A stretch of 64,000 bases of DNA from Chitinophagales bacterium (GTDB lineage: Bacteria; Bacteroidota; Bacteroidia; Chitinophagales; LD1). The DNA is taken from assembly GCA_016787045.1 (NCBI GenBank), contig JAEUVA010000046.1, forward strand, positions 299,355 through 363,354, given 5' to 3'. This document shows, piece after piece, positions 56,965 to 64,000 of the stretch; position 1 is the first letter of the stretch, and each line of letters begins with the position of its first letter. The position numbers were made by a program, and so were the translations under genes. Under the pieces are notes generated by a model. The model saw only the letters and a list, made by a program, of their open reading frames with translations. It was not told the origin of the DNA and did not search any database.

Positions 56965-59151
56965 TTAAGATTTTGAAGAAAGGGATGTTTGCTGCAAAGA
57001 AGCCCGCCCCAGTGCCCAAAGCGGAAATATGTTTCGGTAATTAGTGTAGCTAATCATGCAATTGTGATTAAACACACCGTTGATGTGCTCTTGCACAAAG
57101 TCGCCATTGGGCAATTGTTGTGATGCTAAAAATGAAATACCGGCTGCAATGCTCCTCTGAAGCTCTGCTGTGGGCAAATGCTCATTTATCTTTAGCAATG
57201 CAAGCAATGCCCAAGCCGTGTTAACTGCCTGAGAACGGGTAGTGCTGATGTATTTTTTTTGCACACTGCTCTCAAAACTTTCGCCCCAACCGCCATCGCT
57301 TTGCTGTTTGCTGATTAAAAAACGGGCTGCTCTTATCAGAGCATTTTTCATGGCCTCTTTGTTTTGTACATCCTCCGTTTGTACATAAGCGCACAATCCC
57401 TCACAGCCAAACCAAGTACCGTAGGTAAAACATACTGCCCATGAGCCATACCAGCTGCCATCGGCTTTTTGTTGGCCCAACAAATAATTTATACCGCTTT
57501 GAATGGCCTGCTTTACCTCCACACTTCTATACTCCGGATAAATGCGATTGAACTTTATCAGCGCTTGCAAACTCGCGCTGCTGCATTCGGTATAGGAATA
57601 ATCTATCATAATATTTCCGAATACTTCTGAAGGATTTAGCCACTCTAACCACTTAGGTCCCCGGGTCAACTCGTATGATGCCCAGCCGCCATCTGTATTT
57701 TGAAAAGAAAGAAGCAGGTTGCAAGACAGTTTTAATCTTTCTGCCAACTCATTTTTGGAATAGTTGCCTTCTTCCACAGCACTTAGCATAATTTTAAGCC
57801 CTTCGGCAGTACAATCGGTAATAGGCCAACCATGAGGCGATGTAGAAAAGGGCCACCCACCTACTGAATCGTGGCGAAAAAATTGTTTGTGATCATTGAC
57901 TTCTTCGCGCACTTGCGTGCGGTCAATAAAACTAAGCGCACTTTTTGCAACCGATTCAAATTTTGAACTTGTGCTAGATTCCTTTAATGCCAGATAAGCG
58001 AATGCGGTATCCCACAATTGCGAGCCGTTGTAGCCCTGCATTTTTAGCCCATCTTCTGCCAGCCAAAGATACTCTGCCCAACGTTCGCGATGCTTTCTGA
58101 AGGGGATTGAATTTACCCCGTAAGCGTGCCATACACAAATAGAATTGATGACTTGATTAACAGGGCCTATATTGATGTAGTTGGTCTGCTCATCCTCAGC
58201 ATGTATATACTCCAGCATAAATTCTTGTGCCTTTTTCCTCCATAACTTTACAGGTGACTTTTCATACTGATTCAATGCCTTGTTTAGTAACTTCAGTAAG
58301 GATCTTTGCGGATAATACAAATCCGTTTCAGCACATTGGTTTCTTGCCTCTGCCCAATCGATTTTTTCAAATGGCTCAGTATATATTTCCTTACGGATTT
58401 CTTGAATCAGCGGACTGATTTCTCCTACAACTTTGTAACTAAAACAATACGCCATGGGCAAATACACCATGCGCGTATGGCACCAATACTTAGCAGGGTG
58501 TACGGGCAGCCACTTGGGGAGCAGCCACATTTCCGGAAACAGCGAATTGCACCCTTTCCAGTCGTATAAACCCAACACCGACAAGTAAAATTTGCCCCAA
58601 CTAGGTATTTGCGTAGCACCACCATTTTGCAAAATCCAGTTGCCGGCCTTGGTCATGGCCGGTGTATTTGCACTTTCGCCCAACAACCTAAGCGCCACAT
58701 ATTGCAGCACAGTGCCAAACATGGTGGAGCCGCCTTGTATGTGTAACCCCCAACCTCCGTCTTCGTTTTGATGGTTAAGCATGTAGCACTTCATCAATTC
58801 GTGCTCTGCATCTGCAAATGCCGACTGCGTAATATGTGATGCAAAAACCAGACCGGGCAACAAGAATAATGGGCCGCCATAATCGCCCGGCCAATGCCCG
58901 CTTTCGGCCTGCAATTGGCTAAAATAATGCCACCCTTTTTCTAATGCTGTTTCTCCTTGGGGCTGAAAATTTTTGCCCAGTTTTTGACTCCGAAAAACGC
59001 CATCCGTACTGTTCGCATTCGCTTGCTTGTTGAATCCAAAACCCTGTATCCAGTCGGCAATTTTGGAGGGCGATACAACTCCAGTTGCTTGCCAAACTTG
59101 TGCTCCAAAACTATCTGTGCATAGCGCATAAGGCGCATTTTTGTCTTCCAT
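56965..59151 (-). CDS. Oxidosqualene cyclase (cycloartenol-synthase-like)
   Basis: 728 aa. Catalytic 'ITDCTAEG' is the OSC DCTAE motif, not the DxDDTA of hopene cyclases. Multiple QW repeats ('QNEDGGWG', 'QNTDGGWASYE', 'QQKADGSWYGSW', 'QQSDGGWGESF'). 'MQGYNGSQLWDTAF' block. Confidence 0.9.
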   Translation of the reverse strand: MEDKNAPYALCTDSFGAQVWQATGVVSPSKIADWIQGFGFNKQANANSTDGVFRSQKLGKNFQPQGETALEKGWHYFSQLQAESGHWPGDYGGPLFLLPGLVFASHITQSAFADAEHELMKCYMLNHQNEDGGWGLHIQGGSTMFGTVLQYVALRLLGESANTPAMTKAGNWILQNGGATQIPSWGKFYLSVLGLYDWKGCNSLFPEMWLLPKWLPVHPAKYWCHTRMVYLPMAYCFSYKVVGEISPLIQEIRKEIYTEPFEKIDWAEARNQCAETDLYYPQRSLLKLLNKALNQYEKSPVKLWRKKAQEFMLEYIHAEDEQTNYINIGPVNQVINSICVWHAYGVNSIPFRKHRERWAEYLWLAEDGLKMQGYNGSQLWDTAFAYLALKESSTSSKFESVAKSALSFIDRTQVREEVNDHKQFFRHDSVGGWPFSTSPHGWPITDCTAEGLKIMLSAVEEGNYSKNELAERLKLSCNLLLSFQNTDGGWASYELTRGPKWLEWLNPSEVFGNIMIDYSYTECSSASLQALIKFNRIYPEYRSVEVKQAIQSGINYLLGQQKADGSWYGSWAVCFTYGTWFGCEGLCAYVQTEDVQNKEAMKNALIRAARFLISKQQSDGGWGESFESSVQKKYISTTRSQAVNTAWALLALLKINEHLPTAELQRSIAAGISFLASQQLPNGDFVQEHINGVFNHNCMISYTNYRNIFPLWALGRASLQQTSLSSKS

Positions 59152-59351
59152 TTGGGCACTAAAGTACCCTCAAAAAGTACCTTTTCTAATGCCGGGGTGT
59201 GCATAACTACGGGCTAATCAAATTCTAAATTTTATTTAATACGTTGATTTTCAATTAATTAAAGGATGTAATGGCTATATCAAAACAATTGTGAAAAATT
59301 CGCTTATTAAATTGCGGAAATTTCGCGTTTTGTTTGTGCGAAAATTACGCT

Positions 59352-60548
59352 ATGGTAATAGATATGATAAAATCTGCTCACCACCCGTCTGAATTGATGG
59401 CTATGCTCAAAATCAAGTTCAGCGGCAAGGTACCCCACGACCATAAAGAGGGGTTAGAGGTGCTGGCGAACAAACTCAACCAACGAGATTTTTGCTACGC
59501 GGCACTCAACAAAGTATCGCGCTCTTTTGCTGTAGTTATTCAGCAACTTCCCCGTGAGTTAAAAGACCCGGTTTGTGTTTTTTACTTAGTGCTTCGCGGC
59601 TTAGATTCTGTGGAAGACGACATGACTTATCCGGCAGAAAAACGTATGCCGCTGCTCCGAAACTTTCATGAAAAATGCTTTGAAAAAGGTTGGAAATTAA
59701 ATGGCGTAGGTGACTCTGACGACTACCGAACCCTGTTGGCCAACTTTGATAAAGTCATCCATCTGTTTTTACAACTGGATGAATCGTATCAGTTTGTTAT
59801 TGCAGACATCTGCAAGCAAATGGGCAACGGCATGGCCGATTACGCGGAGCGCAAAGTGAATACGCTGGAAGACTACGACCACTATTGCCATTACGTAGCC
59901 GGTTTAGTAGGCATTGGTTTATCTGCGTTGTTTTCTGCGTCCGGTTTAGAGATAAACCGATTGCAACAAGAAACAGATTTAGCAAACTCTATGGGGCTGT
60001 TGTTACAAAAAACAAACATCTCACGCGATTATTATGAGGATCTAAACTTGGGTAGAGTGTTTTGGCCCAAGCAGATTTGGGGAAAATACGCCACACAGTT
60101 AGAGGAATTTCACAACAAACCCTCCTCTCCCGAATCGCTGGCTTGTATCAATGAGATGGTCACCAACGCATTGCAACATGTATCTAACTGCATTTTGTAT
60201 TTACATCTGATCAAAAACCCTCAAGTATTTCGTTTTTGCGCCATACCACAAGTAATGGCCATGGCCACTTTAGCCAAAATATATAACAATCCGAATGTAT
60301 ATACCGAGGTGGTAAAAATACGTAAGGGCATTGCCGCCAAAATGATGATTGATACCACCAATATGGATCGGGTACGGTTTTACATGGAAAAGTTTGTGCG
60401 CGAAATACAGAACAAAATGAGCGAAAGCGACCCCAACTATGCGCTTACCCGTAAGCGGCTCAACCGCATAATAGAAGCGCTGGATGATGTACTGTTTTCT
60501 CCCGAAAACTTCCAAGAAAGAACTATTGAAGAAACCGTATTGTTTTAA
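59352..60548 (+). CDS. Squalene synthase (eukaryote-type farnesyl-diphosphate farnesyltransferase)
   Basis: 'SRSFAVVIQQLPRELKDPVCVFYLVLRGLDSVEDDM', 'YCHYVAGLVGIGLS' and 'LQKTNISRDYYED' blocks track animal/fungal SQS by eye. Start at ATG 59352 or 59364. Confidence 0.9.
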   Translation: MVIDMIKSAHHPSELMAMLKIKFSGKVPHDHKEGLEVLANKLNQRDFCYAALNKVSRSFAVVIQQLPRELKDPVCVFYLVLRGLDSVEDDMTYPAEKRMPLLRNFHEKCFEKGWKLNGVGDSDDYRTLLANFDKVIHLFLQLDESYQFVIADICKQMGNGMADYAERKVNTLEDYDHYCHYVAGLVGIGLSALFSASGLEINRLQQETDLANSMGLLLQKTNISRDYYEDLNLGRVFWPKQIWGKYATQLEEFHNKPSSPESLACINEMVTNALQHVSNCILYLHLIKNPQVFRFCAIPQVMAMATLAKIYNNPNVYTEVVKIRKGIAAKMMIDTTNMDRVRFYMEKFVREIQNKMSESDPNYALTRKRLNRIIEALDDVLFSPENFQERTIEETVLF

Positions 60549-60549
60549 A

Positions 60550-61917
60550 ATGGCCGAGGAGTTTGATATCTGTATTGTAGGAGCAGGAATAGCCGGTGCA
60601 TCTTTGGCTTGCTACTTGGGCAAGCATGGAAAACGTGTAGCCGTTATAGAAAAAAGTATGGTGGAGCGCGATGTAATAATTGGCGAATTGCTGCAACCCG
60701 GTGGTGTAGATGTATTGCAAGAAATGGGATTGGAGGAATGCTTAAATGGTTTTGATGCACAGCCGGTAGAGGGGTATGCGTTGTTTATGCAAGGCGAACA
60801 TTTCACTATACGTTACCCAAATCACAAAGCCGGCAGAGGTTTTCGGAATGGCAAGTTTTTGCAAGCACTACGTAAAGAAATGCTTGCCCAACCCACTGTT
60901 ACGGTAATAGAAGGCACTGTAGAATCACTTACTGAAATTGATGGTATCATTAACGGAGTGAAATACAAAACCAAGACAAGCGACAGCTCACAGACTATTT
61001 CGGCAAAACTTACGGTGGTGAGCGATGGCATGTTTTCTTTGTTTAGAGAGCAATTATCAGCCAATGAGAAAAAGGTAACCAGCTACTTTATGGGGCTATT
61101 GCTCAAAAGTTGCGAGTTGCCGTACAAGAACTATGGCCATGTGGTGGTAGCAGAACCCTCGCCCTGCCTAATGTACCCCATCAACGCTACTGAAACCCGC
61201 ATGCTCATTGATTTTCCGTGGAGCGAAGCACCACGCAAATCACCCGAGCTTATTGCCTATTTAGAAAACACCATAGCCCCTCAATTACCTTCAAGCATGT
61301 TGCCCTCCTTTTGGGAAGCAGTTAACGAGGGTAAGTTTAAGGTGATGCCCAACCACCACATTCCGGCAAAGCCGGTTTACAAGCCGGGAGCTGTTTTACT
61401 GGGCGATTCGCTAAACATGCGGCACCCGCTCACCGGTGGTGGTATGACGGTAGCGCTAACCGATGCAAAAAATTTAGGTGCCCGTCTAATTGCTATTCAA
61501 AATTTTGCTGATACAAAACAAGTCGGTGAACTGGTGAAACAGTTCTATGCCACGCGGCATAACCAAACCGCCACTATCAATATACTGGCCGATGCGCTTT
61601 ACGGAGTTATGCGCAATGAAGACTTGAAAAGGGCTTGCTACGATTACTTAAAGCGCGGTGGTCATTACGCACATGAACCCATCAGCATACTCTCTGCCGT
61701 ATCACGCGATGTCAATTTACTTTTATCTCATTTTTTTTCTGTAGCCGGCTATGGCATAAAAAATTTGATACGTACCAAATCAATAACCGTAGGGCTGCTT
61801 CGTAGCCGAGCCATGTTGCGCGATGCCGTAAATATTGTAGCCCCGTTAGTGCTCAACGAAAAACCATCATGGAAATGGAAATATCCGATAAAAGCGGGCC
61901 AAATAGTTTTCAGATAA
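60550..61917 (+). CDS. Squalene monooxygenase (epoxidase)
   Basis: FAD motif 'IVGAGIAGASLA'. Diagnostic 'LLGDSLNMRHPLTGGGMTVAL'. The ATG lies 1 nt after the squalene synthase stop. Confidence 0.9.
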   Translation: MAEEFDICIVGAGIAGASLACYLGKHGKRVAVIEKSMVERDVIIGELLQPGGVDVLQEMGLEECLNGFDAQPVEGYALFMQGEHFTIRYPNHKAGRGFRNGKFLQALRKEMLAQPTVTVIEGTVESLTEIDGIINGVKYKTKTSDSSQTISAKLTVVSDGMFSLFREQLSANEKKVTSYFMGLLLKSCELPYKNYGHVVVAEPSPCLMYPINATETRMLIDFPWSEAPRKSPELIAYLENTIAPQLPSSMLPSFWEAVNEGKFKVMPNHHIPAKPVYKPGAVLLGDSLNMRHPLTGGGMTVALTDAKNLGARLIAIQNFADTKQVGELVKQFYATRHNQTATINILADALYGVMRNEDLKRACYDYLKRGGHYAHEPISILSAVSRDVNLLLSHFFSVAGYGIKNLIRTKSITVGLLRSRAMLRDAVNIVAPLVLNEKPSWKWKYPIKAGQIVFR

Positions 61918-61985
61918 TTGACCTGCCAGTTTAACCCAACTACTACAAATGAGGTGCGTTTGAAAAATTATCTGACCTTAGCACC

Positions 61986-62867
61986 ATGCACAAAGCCGGA
62001 TTTGTAAATATTGTTGGTTTGCCCAATGTAGGTAAATCTACCCTGATGAATGCGCTGATGGGTGAAAAAATGAGCATCATCACACCCAAAGCGCAAACCA
62101 CCCGCCACCGCATTCGCGGCATTTGGAATCGAGACGATTACCAAGTGGTGTTTTGCGATACTCCCGGATATATTACACAGCCCGCGTACAAGCTGCAAGC
62201 CAATATGAACGAGTTTGTGGAAGAAGCATTTACCGATGCCGACATAGTACTTTTTGTGACAGACAAGTTTCAAAAAAATGAAGAGCAAGCAGCACTGCAT
62301 ACCTACTTACAAAAATCAAAAGCACCCGTAGTGGTAGCCATTAACAAGTTGGATTTGTGCAAGCCCGAAGAAGCCCAAAAACTATCCGAAAAGTGGCAAG
62401 CCGATTTGCCCAGCGCAACAGTGTTCATTATTTCTGCAGAGCATAAACATGCAGTGAATGAATTGCGAAATAAAATCATAGAACTACTGCCCGAATCGCC
62501 ACCGTATTTTGAAAAAGACCAGATTACCGACCGTGCTGTACGTTTTTTTGTAACTGAGATTGTGCGCGAAAAACTGCTATTACTTTACGATAAAGAAATA
62601 CCCTACAGTTGTGAGGTTGAGATAGAAAGTTTTAAAGAGGCAGAAAACATAGACCGCATACGTTGCAACATATTTGTGGAGCGCGAATCACAAAAAGCCA
62701 TCATCATTGGCAACAAAGGCGAAGCCATAAAAAAATTAGGTATTGAATCGCGCAAAAGTGTGGAGCAACTTACCGGTAAGCAAGCGCACTTAGAACTGTT
62801 TGTAAAAGTGAAAGATAAGTGGCGCAACGATGAAAATGCACTGCGCAAGTTCGGCTATAAAATCTAA
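61986..62867 (+). CDS. era: GTPase Era
   Basis: G1 'GLPNVGKSTLMNAL', G3 'DTPG', G4 'NKLD', and a C-terminal KH domain. Confidence 0.9.
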   Translation: MHKAGFVNIVGLPNVGKSTLMNALMGEKMSIITPKAQTTRHRIRGIWNRDDYQVVFCDTPGYITQPAYKLQANMNEFVEEAFTDADIVLFVTDKFQKNEEQAALHTYLQKSKAPVVVAINKLDLCKPEEAQKLSEKWQADLPSATVFIISAEHKHAVNELRNKIIELLPESPPYFEKDQITDRAVRFFVTEIVREKLLLLYDKEIPYSCEVEIESFKEAENIDRIRCNIFVERESQKAIIIGNKGEAIKKLGIESRKSVEQLTGKQAHLELFVKVKDKWRNDENALRKFGYKI

Positions 62868-63505
62868 CCTCTTCGTTTCAGCACATAATCTGCTATATCT
62901 TTGGCTACTTCCGCTTTGGCTTTAAGCGTATACTCAATAACCTTTCCGGTATTGTCAATTATCGTAATGCGATTGGTATCGTACTGAAATCCTGCACCGG
63001 CATCTTGCATGGAGTTGAGCACCACGGCATCAAAATTCTTTTTAGCCAACTTTTGCTCCGCGTTTTCAAGTTCATGGTCGGTTTCTAATGCAAAACCAAT
63101 AACCGTTTGATCGTTTCGTTTGCCCTTGCTGAGTGTGCCGGCTATATCTATCGTTTTTACTAATTCCAGAGTCATTTCTAGTTCCTTCTTCTTTATCTTT
63201 AAGTTACTGGGGTATTTAGGCGTATAATCAGCTACAGCGGCTGCAAAAATCACTACATCACTTTGCTGAAAATAAATAGAAGTGGCCTCAAACATTTCGG
63301 CTGCGCTTTCAACATCAACCACTTTTATACCATGTACCTTAGGCAATACTGAAGTAGGCCCCTTTACTAAAACCACTTGCCATCCACGCAGGGCAAATTC
63401 ATCGGCCAAAGCAATACCCATTTTACCCGAAGAATGGTTACTAATGTAGCGTACCGGATCTATGTGCTCACGAGTGGGGCCGGCTGTAATCAATACTTGC
63501 ATCAT
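62864..63505 (-). CDS. coaB: Phosphopantothenate--cysteine ligase, stand-alone CoaB domain
   Basis: 'ITAGPTREHIDPVRYISNHSSGKMG' CoaB motif begins 4 aa after the start Met. ~213 aa. No flavoprotein (CoaC) region upstream. Confidence 0.75.
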   Translation of the reverse strand: MMQVLITAGPTREHIDPVRYISNHSSGKMGIALADEFALRGWQVVLVKGPTSVLPKVHGIKVVDVESAAEMFEATSIYFQQSDVVIFAAAVADYTPKYPSNLKIKKKELEMTLELVKTIDIAGTLSKGKRNDQTVIGFALETDHELENAEQKLAKKNFDAVVLNSMQDAGAGFQYDTNRITIIDNTGKVIEYTLKAKAEVAKDIADYVLKRRG

Positions 63506-63540
63506 ACTGCAAGCGATAATACAAATTACCCACATACATT

Positions 63541-63558
63541 TTCAAACAATTGTTTGAA
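63541..63558. promoter_or_regulatory. Perfect 18-bp palindrome, candidate TetR operator
   Basis: TTCAAACAATTGTTTGAA. It overlaps a TTTG (-33-type) box at 63553..63556. A TATGTTTG box lies at 63575..63582, ahead of the TetR ATG. Confidence 0.45.
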
Positions 63559-63589
63559 TTTATAGTGTCTCTGTTATGTTTGCAGACGA

Positions 63590-64000
63590 ATGAAGCACGA
63601 TAAAAAGAAGAAAGAAATTTTACGAACCGCGGCCAGAGTGTTTCGGCAAAAAGGTTACCATGCCACCCGCATACAAGATATAGCCGATGCGCTGAAAATG
63701 CAAAAAGGCAGCTTGTATTACTACATCAAAACCAAAGAGGATTTACTGCGCGGTTTGGTGGAAGACATTTTGGAGCAAAGTGTTTCGCTGCTTCATGATA
63801 TTAAAGACAAACACCATACCCCATCAGAAAAGGTGCTCATGTGTATAGAGAGCCACCTCAACCTGTTTCATAACAATATAGATGCCTTTGGCGTATTTAT
63901 TACAGAAGACTTACAACTCATCAATAAAAATTCTGAAAAAGATGTTTTCAAATTGATTAAGAGTTATGAAAACGGTTGGTTAAAAATTTTTGAGGAGGGG
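63590..64000 (+). CDS. TetR-family transcriptional regulator, 3' partial
   Basis: My translation gives 'MKHDKKKKEILRTAARVFRQKGYHATRIQDIADALKMQKGSLYYYIKTKEDLL', a TetR HTH. The frame runs open to the window end. Confidence 0.75.
   Translation, partial: MKHDKKKKEILRTAARVFRQKGYHATRIQDIADALKMQKGSLYYYIKTKEDLLRGLVEDILEQSVSLLHDIKDKHHTPSEKVLMCIESHLNLFHNNIDAFGVFITEDLQLINKNSEKDVFKLIKSYENGWLKIFEEG

Noticed and set aside
56965-59151. The cyclase could be a squalene-hopene cyclase, meaning a hopanoid rather than a sterol pathway.
   Set aside because: The catalytic motif is 'DCTAE' (oxidosqualene cyclase type), not DxDDTA. A squalene epoxidase is encoded next door, and hopene cyclases do not need one.
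55950-61917. The eukaryote-like sterol genes could be eukaryotic contamination or a chimeric assembly.
   Set aside because: The ORFs are uninterrupted, with no introns. The synthase-to-epoxidase spacing is 1 nt. The cluster is contiguous on both sides with typical bacterial genes (TonB-dependent receptor, era). Read-level validation is not possible here.
1-64000. A search for CRISPR arrays, IS elements or transposases, toxin-antitoxin or restriction/defence genes, prophage genes and rRNA.
   Set aside because: None were recognisable by eye: no regularly spaced repeats, and no transposase, integrase, nuclease or helicase-type proteins among the ORFs. Small or highly divergent systems cannot be excluded without profile searches.

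Overview
Contiguous chromosomal segment that looks like Bacteroidota. Evidence: several proteins end in type IX secretion (T9SS) C-terminal sorting domains; TTTG/TAnnTTTG promoter boxes occur upstream of genes; a type III glutamine synthetase is present; the gene order ftsX, DUF3098, uppP is typical. I call about 60 protein genes, one tRNA-Ser(GGA), one cobalamin riboswitch and several intrinsic terminators. I found no rRNA, CRISPR array, transposase, integrase or recognisable defence genes.

The first ~38 kb is mostly housekeeping: uppP, truB, ribF, ychF, rny, zapA, mdh, aspartate kinase, glutamine synthetase III, acyl-CoA dehydrogenase and a multi-PAS histidine kinase. A fused epimerase/GT2 glycosylation module also sits there.

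The 39-56 kb stretch holds three TonB-dependent uptake loci: (a) an iron-type operon (DUF4856-like, imelysin-like, HTTM, receptor, IsdG/HmoA-like monooxygenase) preceded by paired TTTAGA-N5-TCTAAA palindromes; (b) an operon led by a cobalamin riboswitch; (c) a His/Cys-rich metal-type operon.

The standout is at 55.9-61.9 kb: a compact, divergently arranged, eukaryote-type sterol pathway. It comprises a polyprenyl synthase, an oxidosqualene cyclase with the DCTAE catalytic motif, a squalene synthase and a squalene epoxidase. The cyclase carries a Tyr/His/Ile specificity triad that predicts cycloartenol. Sterol synthesis is rare in bacteria, though already reported for a few Bacteroidota, so this is unusual rather than unprecedented.

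All family assignments rest on motif recognition by eye. No database search was run.
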